Of a stretch of 64,000 nt of DNA, positions 1 through 12,103 are shown one piece after another. A model generated the notes under the pieces. The model had not been told where the DNA came from. It saw only the letters and a list, made by a program, of their open reading frames with translations, and did no database searches. Source of the DNA: Mobula hypostoma. Lineage: Eukaryota. The stretch lies in assembly GCF_963921235.1 (NCBI RefSeq), contig NC_086097.1:62001-126000 (forward strand), in the 5' to 3' direction. The position numbers and the translations under genes are program-made. The first letter of the stretch is position 1. Each line of letters begins with the position of its first letter.

Positions 1-24
1 ACAAATAAATGGCAGATGAACTTA

Positions 25-158
25 GTTCCTGCTGAAGGGTTTCGGCCCGAAATGTTGACTGTACTCTTTTTTCAGATGCTGCCAGGCCTGCTGAGGTCCT
101 CCAGCATTTTGTATGTGTTGCTCGGATTTCCAACATCTGCAGATTTTCTCCTTTGTGT
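25..158 (+). mobile_element. Old Penelope-like 3' end (pLTR fragment) with a degenerate hammerhead motif, inserted in a CR1
   Basis: cctgctgaagggtttcggcccgaaatgttgact...catctgcagattttctc. TSD GATGAACTTA at 15-24 and 159-168. Confidence 0.7.
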
Positions 159-739
159 GATGAACTTACTGGGTACTGGGGAAGGCACTAGCAATGTGCC
201 AGAAGTGAGTGTCAGGGAACAGGAATGAGTGCCATTGCTATTATAAAGGAAAGAGTGCTAGTCAAGTTCAAAGGTCTTAAGGTGGATAAGTCACCTGGGC
301 CAGATGGACTACATCCCAGAGTCTTCAGAGAGGTTGATGAAGAGATAATAGATGCATTGGTCATGATCTTTCAAAAAACACTCGATTCTGGCATGGTCCC
401 AGAGGTCTGGAAGATTGCAAATGTCACTCCACTCTTTAAGAAGGGAGGAAGGCAAAAGAAAAGAAATTATAGGCCAGTTAGCATATAATTCCTCAGTGGT
501 TGGGAAAGTGTTGGAGTCTATTATTAAGCATGAGGTTTCGAGGTACTTGGAAACTAATGACAAAATAAGTCAAAGTCAGCATAGTTTCCGTCAAGGGAAA
601 TCTTGACTGACAAATCTGTTAAGAACTTTTCAAGAAAATAATAGGCAGGGTGGAAAAAGGAAAGGCAGAGAATATCATTTACTTGGATTTTCAGGAGTTT
701 GATAAAGTGCTACACATGAATCCGATTATCAAGATAATA

Positions 740-1169
740 GAAACATAAAAAATAGGTGCAGTAGGCCATTCAGCCCTTCGAGATTGCACTGCCATTCAGT
801 ATGATCATGGCTGATCATCCAACTCAGAACCCTGTACCTGCCTTCCCTCCATACCCCCGATCCCTTTAGCCACAAGGGCCATATCTAACTCCCTCTTAAA
901 TATAGCCAATCAACTGGCTTCAGCTGCTTCCTGTGGCAGAGAATTCCACAGATTCACCACTCTCTCTGTGAAGAAGATTTTCCTCATCTCGGTCCTTAAA
1001 AGGCTTCCCCTTTATCCTCAAACTGTGACCCCTCGTTCTGGACTTCCCCAACATTGGGAACAATCTTCCTGCATCTAGCCTGTCCAATCCTTTTAGAATT
1101 TTATGTTTCAATCAAATCCCCCCTCAATCTTCTAAATTCCAGAGAGTGTAAGACTAGTCGATCCAAGTC
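740..1169 (-). mobile_element. 5'-truncated CR1 3' end
   Basis: LKGLDRLDAGRLFP...TRGHSLRI and a TTTCTA(TG)-type tail. GATAATA is repeated at both junctions. Confidence 0.85.
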
Positions 1170-1503
1170 GATAATAACTTACGGTGATACAGAAAGATAC
1201 TGACATGGATAGCTGAATTGCTGACAGGCAGGAGGCAGCGAGTGGGAATAAAAGGAGCCTTTTCTGGTTGGCTGCCAGTGACTAGTGGTGTTCCTCAGGG
1301 GTCAGTACTGGGACTGCGCTTTTCACATTGTTTGTCAATGATTTAGACCATGACATATAAGCAGAATTCAGCCATCAGGTTTGCTCCACCATTCAAGCTG
1401 ATCCTTTTTTTTTCACCTCCTCAACCCCCAGTTCCTGGCCTTCTCCCTGTAACCTTTGATGCCACGTCCCAGAAGGTTAATTTACAGGTTGAGTCTGTGG
1501 TAA

Positions 1504-1690
1504 TTGTCCTGCTTGGTGGTGCAATAATATCAGCGCCGGACTCCGGAGCAAAGGTTCCCGAGTTTGAATCCAGGTCGGGTTGAGCGTCGAGCAGCAACTC
1601 GGCCTCGTAAAAACAAGAATAGCTTGCTATGGAAACACTGTCATGATGGTGCCCCAATAACTCCACTGCTGAGTTAAGGGCTATTCTTCT
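1504..1690 (+). mobile_element. tRNA-derived SINE with (TTC)n tail
   Basis: A-box-like tggtgcaataa, B-box gagtttgaatcc, 3' attcttcttct. TSD TCTGTGGTAA at 1494-1503 and 1691-1700. Confidence 0.75.
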
Positions 1691-1738
1691 TCTGTGGTAA
1701 AGGAGGCAAATGTAATACTGACATTTATTTCAAGGGAA

Positions 1739-3031
1739 CAACAGGAATTCTGCAGATGCTGGAAATTCAAGTAACACACATCAAAGTTGCTGGTAAACAC
1801 AGCAGGCCAGGCAGCATCTATTGGAAGAGTTTCAGTCCACGTTTCAGGCCGAGACCCTTCGTCAGAACTAACTGAAGGAAGAGTTAGTGAGAAATTTGAA
1901 AGTGAGGGGGGAGGGGGAGATCCAAAATGATAGGAGAAGACAGGAGGAGGAGGGGGAGGGATGGAGCCAAGAGTTGGACAGGTGATTGGCAAAGGGGATA
2001 CGAGAGGATCATGGGACAGGAGATCCGGGGAGAAAGACGGGGGGGAGAACAGAGGATAGGCAAGGGGTATAGTCAGAGGGACAGAGGGAGTAAAAGGAGA
2101 GTGAGAGAAAGAATGTATGTATAAATGTAAATAACGGATGGGATACTAGGGGGAGGTGGGGCACTAGCGGAAGTTAGAGAAGTCGATGTTCATGCCATCA
2201 GGTTGGAGGCTACCCAGACGGAATATAAGATGTTGTTCCTCCAACCTGAGTGTGGCTTCATCTTTACAGTAGAGGAGGCTGTGGATGGACATGTCAGAAT
2301 GGGAATGGGACGTGGAATTAAAATGTGTGGCCACTGGGAGATCCTGCTTTCTCTGGTGGACAGTATACCGCGTCCGGTACTCCCGATGTGGCTTTCTATA
2401 TATTAGCGAGACCCGACGCAGACTGGGAGACCGCTTTGCTGAACACCTACGCTCTGTCCGCCAGAGAAAGCAGGATCTCCCAGAGGCCACACATTTTAAT
2501 TCCACGTCCCATTCCCATTCTGACATGTCCATCCACGGCCTCCTCTACTGTAAAGATGAAGCCACACTCAGGTTGGAGGAACAACATCTTATATTCCGTC
2601 TGGGTAGCCTCCAACCTGATGGCATGAACATCGACTTCTCAAACTTCCGCTAGTGCCCCACCTCCCCCTAGTACCCCATCCGTTATTTATTTTTATACAT
2701 ACATTCTTTCTCTCACTCTCCTTTTTCTCCCTCTGTCCCTCTGACTATACCCCTTGCCTATCCTCTGTTCCCCCACCCCCCGTCTTTCTCCCCGGATCTC
2801 CTGTCCCATGATCCTCTCATATCCCCTTTGCCAATCACCTGTCCAACTCTTGGCTCCATCCCTCCCCCTCCTGTCTTCTCCTATCATTTTGGATCTCCCC
2901 CTCCCCCCTCACTTTCAAATCTCTTACTAACTCTTCCTTCAGTTAGTCCTGACGAAGGGTCCCGGCCTGAAATGTCGACTGAAGCTCTTCCAATAGATGC
3001 TGCGTTTACCAGCAACTTTGATGTGTGTTGC
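1739..3031. mobile_element. Foldback (inverted) Penelope-like insertion: GIY-YIG C-terminus plus 3' UTR/pLTR on both strands
   Basis: About 1766-2363 is the reverse complement of about 2453-3031. Both strands encode ...RLEEQHLIFRLGSLQPDGMNIDFSNFR. TSD TTTATTTCAAGGGAA at 1724-1738 and 3032-3046. Confidence 0.92.
2945..2980 (+). ncRNA. Minimal type I hammerhead ribozyme motif (Penelope pLTR), slightly mutated
   Basis: AGTC-CTGACGA-AGGgtcccggCCT-GAAA-TG-TC-GACT. Confidence 0.65.
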
Positions 3032-4182
3032 TTTATTTCAAGGGAAATAGAATATAAAAGCAAGGAGATAATGCTGAGACTTTATAAGACACTAGTCAGG
3101 CCATACCTTAGAAAGGATGTGTTGTCATTGGAGAGAGTCCAGAGCATGTTCACGTAGATGATTCGGGAATGAGGGTTTGGCAGCTTTGGGCCTGTACTCA
3201 CTGGAATTTAGAAGAATACGGGGGGATCTCACTGAAACCTACCAAATATTAAAAGGACTAGATAGGGTCAATGTGGAGATGATGTTTCCTATGATTAGGG
3301 GATCCAGAACTAGAGGGCACAGCCTCAAAATTGAGGGGCAACCCTTTAGAACAGAGGCAAGGAGGAATTTTTTTTAGCCAGAGAGTAGTAAATCTGTGAA
3401 AGGCTCTGCCACAGACTGCAGTGGATGCCAAGTCCGTGCGTATATTTAAGGCGGAAGTTGGTCATTTTCTGATCGGTCAGGGCATCAAAGGATATAGCGA
3501 GAAAGCAGGAATATGGGGGTTGAGTGGGATCTGGGATCAGCCATGATGGAATGGCAGAGCAGACTTGATAAGCTGAATGGCCTAATTCTGCTCCTATATA
3601 TTATGGTCCAATGACATAGGCTCAGTGTGAGAGGGAAAGTTTAAAAGAGATTTGTGAGGCAAATATACAACACAGAGAATGGTGGCTGCTTGAAGCACAC
3701 TGCCAGGAGAAATGGTGAAAGTAGATATGACAGCAACACAGAAGAGACATTTAGATAGGCAGGGAATGAGGAATTTCGACCACGTGCAGGGAGACGGGAT
3801 TAGTTTGGATTGATATTATGGCCATGTAGTCACTTTGGGCTGGAGGTCTTTTCCTGTATAGTACCATTCCATGTTCTGTGATGGTCTCTGCCTCCACCAT
3901 ACATCAGGCAGCATGTAACCCTCTGGGTGAAGAAATTCTTCCACCAAATCCCCTGAAATCTCCTTTGCCTGCAGTTAGAGAAACTTCTGCTCAGGGACGT
4001 TTCTCACCATTCACCCCACATACACCCTTCAACAGTTTGTATATCCGCTTCCCCAATCTTCCTGATGACAGGAAAACAAACCCAACCTATCCATTCTACA
4101 GGCATCACAGAACTATTTCACTAAAACTGGCTGCAAAGGCACAATTCAAAAGAAACATGAAGATTTAAAGAAATGTGATCAC

Positions 4183-4218
4183 CTTTCTAAATTCTTCAAC
4201 TTCATCTTGGCCTTGACT
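4183..4218 (-). CDS. SYNE3: Probable 36-bp nesprin-3 micro-exon (SQGQDEVEEFRK) preceding the KASH exon, which was not found in this window
   Basis: Pyrimidine-rich acceptor ttttgtgattgtctctgcag|AGT, donor AAG|gtgatc, phase 0-0. Length and position fit the short linker ending F-x-K before the KASH domain. Confidence 0.65.
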
Positions 4219-5086
4219 CTGCAGAGACAATCACAAAATAGACGGTGAAAGAAAAAAACTACCAGGTACTGAACATATCGAATGCAGACATAAAGACAGT
4301 CTTTACGTATATTTAAGGCAGAGGCTGATAGATTGTTGATTGGTCGGGGCATGAAGTAATACAGGGAGAAGGCAGGAAAAATTGGGGGCTGAGAGGAAAA
4401 ATGGATCAGCCACGATGAAAAGGTGAAGCAGACTCGATGGGCCAAATGGCCTAACTCTGCTGCTATATCTTCAGTCTTGATGCTCTTATGGAGATGTACA
4501 TGGCGTTTTTTCTCATATACACAGAGAGGTGGGGGCGTTTGGAAGGCACTGTCAGGGGTGGTGGTAGAGGTAAATACAATGGAGGTGTTTAAGAGGCTCT
4601 CAAAAAGGCAAATGAATGTATAGGAAATGGAAATGTATGGACACTGTGTAGGCAAAAGGGATTAGTTGTTACATATTAAATTGCTTCAACACAATATGGT
4701 GGTCAGAAGGACCTTTGCGCTGTGCTGTTCTGCAGTAGCCTTAGGCACACTGATATGCTGGTGTATAGAGTCACAGAGTGGGAGTTGAAGAAACCAAGGA
4801 CAATAAATTTCATCTTTGAAATGCTGATGTTGTGGTAACCACAGCTGGATGTCAAACAATTTACCTATGCAGGGCACCAAGATGGTGAAGAGATACAAAT
4901 AGACATTAGCCTCAAACGCTGGATACTTGACCTCCACAAGAAAAAAATCAAGTTATTCAACTCCGGGAATGAAATTTGAGAACAAAAGCTTTAAGTCAAC
5001 AGTTGCACAAAAGGATCAAGTACACAGAGATCAAAACAGTGACAGTTTTTGAAGTGACTGGATGTGATTTAGGCCACAGCACATAC

Positions 5087-5242
5087 CGGGAGGTCTCCTG
5101 CTTCGCTGAGCTTTGTTTTATACAAAATCCATCGATATCGCAAATCTTCCAGCTGTTTCTCTTCTTCATTCACTCTGGCACACTCAACACCTATCAGCTC
5201 TTCAAAAATCTTCTGACCATGAGGTACATGACAGTTCAGCAC
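5087..5242 (-). CDS. SYNE3: Nesprin-3 coding exon, 52 aa VLNCHVPHGQKIFEEL...LEDLRYRWILYKTKLSEAGDLP
   Basis: Acceptor aattgttttcag|GTG, donor CCG|gtatgt, 156 bp, phase 0-0. Closely matches the recalled nesprin-3 pre-KASH segment VPEGQHLFENL...LEDLRYQWMLYKSKL. Confidence 0.88.
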
Positions 5243-5359
5243 CTGAAAACAATTTGTCATTTATTTGAAAAAAGTAGAAACTCCCATTACTTTGTGCATG
5301 CCCAGAGGCAGCCAAGCTCATCAAGTTCATTTTCATTAAACCATAAACATGCATACCAA

Positions 5360-5810
5360 ACGACCATAAAATATCAGAGCAGTATGTGGCTATTTGACCC
5401 ACTGAGTCTGCTCCACCATTTCATCATGGCTGATCCAATTTTCCTCTCAGCCCCAATCATCTGCTTTCTCCCTGTATCCGTTCATGCCCTGACCAATCAA
5501 GAATCTATTCAACCTCTGCCTGAAATATACATAAAGACTTTGCCTCCACAGCTGCCTGTGATAAAGAATTCCACAGATTCACCACTCACTGACAAAAGAA
5601 ATTCCTCCTTATCTTCATTCTAAATGGATGCCCATCTATTCTCAGGCTGTGTCCTCTGGTAATAGACTCCCACCATAGGAAACATCCTCTCCATATCCAC
5701 TGTATCAAGGCCTCCACTATTCAACAGCTTTCAACGAGGTCACACCTCATTCTTCTGAATTCTAGTAAATAGATACCCAGAGCCATCAAATGCTCTTCAT
5801 ATGCCAAAGC
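5360..5810 (-). mobile_element. Decayed CR1 3' end
   Basis: Reverse complement of the CR1 ORF2 C-terminus and 3' UTR (gaattccacagattcaccac, catcatggctgatcc). Confidence 0.75.
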
Positions 5811-7477
5811 ACTCATTCATAGAAACACAGAAAACCTGCAGCACAATACAGGCCCTTCAGCCCACAGAGTTATGCCGAACGTGTCCCTACCCTAGAAATT
5901 AATAGGCTTACCTATAGCCCTCTACTTTACTAAGCTCCATGTACCTATCTAAAAGTCTCTTAAAAGACCCTATCGTATTCGCCTCCACCACTATTGCCAG
6001 CAGCCCATTCCACGCACTCACCACTCTCTGAGTAAAAAGCTTACCCCTAACATCTCCTCTGTACCTACTACTCAGCACTTTAAACCTGTGCCCTCTTGTG
6101 GTAACCATTTCAGCCCTGGGAAAAAGCCTCTGACTATCCACATGATCAATGCCTCTCATCATCTTATACACCTCTATCAGGTCACCTCTCATCCTTTGTC
6201 ACTCCAAGGAGAAAAGGCCAAGTTCACTCAATCTATTCTCATAAGGCATGCTCCCAATCCAGGCAACATCCTTGTAAATCTCCTCTGCACCCTTTCTATG
6301 GCTTCCACATCCTTCCTGTAGTGAGGTGACCAGAACTGAGCACAGTACTCCAAGTGTGATCTGACCAGGGTCCTATATAGCTACAACATTAGCTCTTGGC
6401 TCATAAATTCAATTCCATGATTGATGACGGCCAATACACCGTACGCCTTCTTAACCACACAGTCAACCTGCGCAGCTGCTTTGAGCGTCCTATGGACTCG
6501 GACCCCAAGATCCCTCTGATCCTCCACACCGCCAAGAGTCTTACCATTAATACTATATTCTGCCATCATATTTCACCTACCAAAATGAACCACTTCACAC
6601 TTATCTGGGTTGAACTCCATCTGCCACTTCTCAGCCCAGTTTTACATCCTAACAATATCCTGCACACTATCCACAACAGCCTTCCACACTATCCACAACA
6701 CCTCCAACCTTTGTGTCATCAGCAAACTTACTAACCCATCCCGGCACTTCCTCATCCAGGTCATTTACAAAAATCACAAAGAGTAAGGGTCCCAGAACAG
6801 ATCCTTGAGGCACTCCACTGGTGACCGACCTCCATGCAGAATATGACCCGTCTACAACCACTCTTTTCTTTCTATAGGCAAACCAGTTCTGGATCCACAA
6901 AGCAATGTCTCCTTGGATCCCATGCCTCCTTACTTTCTCAATAAGCCTTGCATGGGGTACCTAATCAAATGCCTTGCTGAAATCCATAAACACTACATCT
7001 ACTGCTCGTCCATCATCAATGTGTTTAGTCACATCCCCAACAAATTCAATTAGACTCGTAAGGCATGACCTGCCCTTGACAAAGCCATGCTGACTACTCC
7101 TAATCATATTATACCTCTCCAAATGTTCATAAGTTCTGCTTCTCAGGATCTTCTCCAACAACTTACCAACCACTGAAATAAAACTCACTGGTCTATAATT
7201 TCCTGGGCTATCTCTACTCCCTTTCTTGAATAAAGGAATAACATCCGCAACCCTCCAATCCTCCGGAACCTCTCCCGTCCCCATTGATGATGCAAGGATC
7301 ATCACCAGAGGCTCAGCAATCTCATTCCTCACCTCCCACAGTAGCCTGGGGTATATCTCATCCAGTGCCGGCGACTTATCCAACTTGATGCTTTCCAAAA
7401 GCTCGAGCACATCCTCTTTCTTAATATCTACATGCTCAAGCTTTTCAGTCTGCTGCAAGTCATCACAACAATCACCA

Positions 7478-7699
7478 AACAACAGGAATTCTGCAGATGC
7501 TGGAAATTCAAGCAACACACATCAAAGTTGCTGGTGAATGCAGCAGGCCAAGCAGCATCTATAGGAAGAGGCGCAGTCGACGTTTCAGGCCGAGACCCTT
7601 CGTCGACTGACGAAGGGTCTCGGCCTGAAACGTCGACTGCGCCTCTTCCTATAGATGCTGCTTGGCCTGCTGCGTTCACCAGCAACTTTGATGTGTGTT
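7478..7699. mobile_element. 222-bp non-coding Penelope pLTR hairpin element
   Basis: Arms 7514-7604 and 7609-7699 with a GACT loop, plus a 36-nt one-sided tail at 7478-7513. TSD ACAACAATCACCA(A) at 7465-7478 and 7700-7713. Confidence 0.9.
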
Positions 7700-8302
7700 A
7701 CAACAATCACCAAGATCCTTTTCTATAGTGAATACTAAAGTGAAGTATTCATTAAGTACCTCTGCTATTTCCTCCGGTTCCATACATACTTTCCCACTGT
7801 CACACTTGATAGGTCCTATTCTTTCACGTCTTACCCTCTTGCTCTTCACATACTTGTAGAATGCCTTGGGGTTTTCCTTAATCCTGTCCATCAAGGCCTT
7901 CTCATGGCCCCTTCTGGCTCTCCAAATTTCCTTCTTAAGCTCCTTCCTGTTAGCCTTATGATCTTCTAGATCTCTAACATTACCTAGATCTCTGAACCTT
8001 TTGTAAGCTTTTCCTTTCTTCTTGACTAGATTTATTACAGCCTTTGTACACCATGGTTCCTGTACCCTACCATAACTTCTCTATCTCATTGGAATGTACC
8101 TATGCAGAACTCCACACAAATATCCCCTGAATATTTGCCACATTTCTTCCCTACTTATCCCTGAGAACGTCTGTTTCCAATTTAAGCTTCCAATTTCCTG
8201 CATGATAGCCTCATAATTCCCCTCACTCCAATTAAGCACTTTTCTAACTTGTCTGTTCTTATCTCTCTCCAATGCTATTGTAAAGGAGATAGAATTATGA
8301 TC

Positions 8303-10648
8303 ATTATGAGCAATGAGGAAGGGTTAATTAGCAATCTTGTCGTGAGAGGCCACTTGGGTAAGAGTGACCATAATATGGTGGAATTCTTCATTAAGATGAA
8401 GAGCGACATAGTTAATTCAGAAACAAAGGTTCTGAACTTAAAGAAGGGTAACTTTAAGGTATGAGACGTGAATTAGCTAAGATAGACTGGCAAATGACAC
8501 TTAAAGGGTTGACAGTGGATATGCAATGGCAAGCATTTAAAGATTGCATGGATGAACTACAACAATTGTTCAGCCCAGTTTGGCAAAAGAATAAATCAAG
8601 GAAGGTAGTGCACCCGTGGCTGACAAGGGAAATTAGGGATAGTATCAATTCCAAAGAAGAAGCATACAAATTAGCCAGAAAAAGTGGCTCACCTGAGGAC
8701 TGGGAGAAATTCAGAGTCCAGCACAAGAGGCAAAGGGCTTAATTAGGAAGGGGAAAAAAGATTATGAGAGAAAACTGGCAGGGAACATAAAAACTGACTG
8801 TAAAAGCTTTTATACATATGTGAAAAGAAAAAGATTGGTTAAGACAAATGTAGGTCCCCTACAGACAGAAAGAGGTAAATTGATTATGGGGAGCAAGGAC
8901 ATGGCAGATGAATAACTACTTTGGTTCCGTCTTCACTAAGGAGGACATAAATAATCTTCCGGAAATAGTAGGGAACAGAAGGTCCAGTGAGATGGAGGAA
9001 CTGAGGGAAATACATGTTAGTAGGGAAGTGGTGTTAGGTAAATTGAAGGGATTAAAGGCAGATAAATCCCCAGGGCCAGATGGTCTGCATCCCAGAGTGC
9101 TTAAGGAAGTAGCCCAAGAAATAGTGGATGCATTAGTGATAATTTTTCAAAACTCGTTAGATTCTGGACTAGTTCCTGAGGATTGGAGGGTGGCTAATGT
9201 AACCCCACTTTTTAAAAAAGGAGGGAGAGAGAAACCGGGGAATTATAGACCGGTTAGCCTAACATCGGTGGTGGGGAAAATGCTGGAGTCAGTTATCAAA
9301 GATGTGATAACAGCACATTTGGAAAGCGGTGAAATCATCAGACAAAGTCAGCATGGATTTGTGAAAGGAAAATCATGTCTGACGAATCTTACAGAATTTT
9401 TTGAGGATGTAACTAGTAGAGTGGATAGGGGAGAACCAGTGGATGTGGTATATTTGGATTTTCAAAAGGCTTTTGACAAGGTCCCACACAGGAGATTAGT
9501 GTGCAAACTTAAAGCACACGGTATTGGGGGTAAGGTATTGATATGGATAGAGAATTGGTTGGCAGACAGGAAGCAAAGAGTGGGAATAAACGAGACCTTT
9601 TCAGAATGGCAGGCAGTGACTAGTGGGGTACCGCAAGGCTCAGTGCTGGGACCCCAGTTGTTCACAATATATATTAATGACTTAGATGAGGGAATTAAAT
9701 GCAGCATCTCCAAGTTTGTGGATGACACGAAGCTAGGCGGCAGTGTTAGCTGTGAGGAGGATGCTAAGAGGATGCAGGGTGACTTGGATAGGTTAGGTGA
9801 GTGGGCAAATTCATGGCAGATGCAATTTAATGTGGATAAATGTGAGGTTATCCACTTTGGTGGCAAAAACAGGAAAACAGATTATTATCTGAATGGTGGC
9901 CGATTAGGAAAAGGGGTGGTGCAACGAGACCTGGGTGTCATTATACACCAGTCATTGAAAGTGGGCATGCAGGTACAGCAGGCGGTGAAAAAGGCGAATG
10001 GTATGCTGGCATTTATAGCAAGAGGATTCGAGTACAGGAGCAGGGAGGTACTACTGTAGTTGTACAAGGCCTTGGTGAAACCACACCTGGAGTATTGTGT
10101 GCAGTTTTGGTCCCCTAATCTGAGGAAAGACATCCTTGCCATAGAGGGAGTACAAAGAAGGTTCACCAGATTGATTCCTGGGCTGGCAGGACTTTCATAT
10201 GATGAAAGACTGGATCGACTAGGCTTATACTCGTAGGAATTTAGAAGATTGAGGGGCGATCTTATTGAAACGTATAAAATCCTAAAAGGATTAGACAGGC
10301 TAGATGCAGGAAGATTGTTCCCGATGTTGGGGAATTCCAGAACGAGGGGGTCACAGTTTGAGGATAGAGGGGAATCCTTTTAGGATCGAGATTATGAAAA
10401 ACTTCTTCACACAGAGAGTGGTGAATCTGCGGAATTCTCTGCCACAGGAAACAGTTGAGGCCAGTTCATTGGCTATATTTAAGAGGGAGTTAGATATGGC
10501 CCTTGTGGCTAAAGGAATCGGGCGTATGGAGGGAAGGCTAGTACAGGGTTCTGAGTTGGATGATCAGCCATGATCATACTGAATGGCGGTGCAGGCTCAA
10601 AGGGCCGAATGGCCTACTCCCGCACCTATTTTCTATGTTTCTATGTTT
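8303..10648 (+). mobile_element. Relatively young 5'-truncated CR1 LINE (383-aa RT ORF fragment)
   Basis: ORF 8908-10059 contains the RT motifs ([21 protein letters not shown]). (TTTCTATG)n tail at about 10630-10648. Confidence 0.93.
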
Positions 10649-10918
10649 CACTATCTCCAAAATGCTCTACCAACTGAGAGATCTGACACCTGACCACGTT
10701 CATTTCCCAACACCAAATCAAGTACAGCCTCTCCACGTGAAGGCTTATCTACATATTGTGTCAAGAAACCTTCCTGAACACACCTAACAAACTCCACCCC
10801 ATCTAAACCCCTTGCTCTAGGGAGATGCCAATCGATATTTAGGAAATTAAAATCTCCCATTATGACAACTCTGTTATTATTACACCTTTCCAGGATCTGT
10901 TTCCCTATCTGCTCCTCG

Positions 10919-12103
10919 ATAAGGCATATCGATGAGGGTAGTGTAGTAGATGTGATCTAAATGGATTTTAGTAAGGCATTTGACAAGGTTCCACACGGTA
11001 GGCTTATTCAGAAAGTCAGAAAGCATGGGATCCAGGGAAGTTTGGCCAGGTGGATTCAGAATTAGCTTGCCTGTAGAAAGCAGAGGGTCGTGCTGGAGGG
11101 AGTACATTCAGATTGGAGGGTTGTGACTAGTGGTGTCCCACAGGGATCGGATCTGAGACCTCTACTTTTCGTGATTTTTATTAACGACTTGGATGTGGGG
11201 GTAGAAGGGTGGGTTGGCAAGTTTGCAGATGACACAAAGGTTGGTGGTGTTGTGGATAGTGTAGAGGATTGTCGAAGATTGCAGAGAGACATTGATAGGA
11301 TGCAGAAGTGGGCTGAGAAGTGGCAGATGGAGTTCAACCCGGAGAAGTGTGAGGTGGTACACTTTGGAAGGAAAAACTCCAAGGCAGAGTACAAAGTAAA
11401 GGGCAGGATACTTGGTAGTGTGGAGGAGCAGAGGGATCTCGGAGTACATGTCCACAGATCCCTGAAAGTTGCCTCACAGGTAGACAGGGTAGTTAAGAAA
11501 GCTTATGGGGTGTTAGCTTTCATAAGTCGAGGGACAGAGTTTAAAAGTTGCGATGTAATGATGCAGCTCTATAAACTCTGGTTAGGCCACATTTGGAGTA
11601 CTGTGTCCAGTTCTGGTCGCCTCACTATAGGAAGGATGTGGAAGCATTGGAAAGGGTACAGAGGAGATTTACTAGGATGCTGCCTGGTTTGGAGAGTATG
11701 GATTATGATCAGAGATTAAGGGAGCTAGGGCTTTACTCTTTGGAGAGGAGGAGGATGAGAGGAGACATGATAGAGGTGTACAAGATATTAAGAGGAATAG
11801 ATAGAGTGGATAGCCAGCGCCTCTTCCCCAGTGCACCACTGCTCAATACAAGAGGACATGGCTTTAAGGTAAGGGGTGGGAAGTTCAAGGGGAATATTAG
11901 AGGAAGGTTTTTACTCAGAGAGTGGTTGGTGCCTGGAATGCACTACCTGAATCAGTGGTGGAGGCAGATACACTAGTGAAGTTTAAGAGACGACTAGCCA
12001 GGTATATGGAGGAATTTAAGGTGGGGGGTTATATGGGAGGCAGGGGTTGAGGGTCGGCACAACATTGTGGGCCGAAGGGCCTGTAATGTGCTGTACTATT
12101 CTA
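10919..12103 (+). mobile_element. 5'-truncated CR1 LINE (second family)
   Basis: FADDTKVGG and [14 protein letters not shown] motifs; 3' end tgtgctgtactattctat. Confidence 0.9.

Larger units (their letters stand above)
159..3610 (+). mobile_element. Decayed CR1 LINE (ORF2 RT to 3' UTR) interrupted by several younger insertions
   Basis: [40 protein letters not shown] and LYSLEFRR motifs in colinear order across the insertions. Confidence 0.85.
5818..10918 (-). mobile_element. CR1 LINE ORF2 (APE end plus RT), split by a Penelope hairpin (7478-7699) and an opposite-strand CR1 (8303-10648)
   Basis: MGDFNFLNIDW (about 10860), [29 protein letters not shown] and a 3' tail at about 5820. Confidence 0.88.

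Noticed and set aside
1515..1580. tRNA gene
   Set aside because: Only A/B-box-like motifs, no full cloverleaf, and it lies within a TSD-flanked SINE.
4976..5623. 215-aa plus-strand ORF
   Set aside because: It is the antisense shadow of the SYNE3 exon running into a reversed CR1 3' end.
7428..7728. Mirror-image ORFs on both strands
   Set aside because: An artefact of the palindrome; the same applies to 2164-2653.
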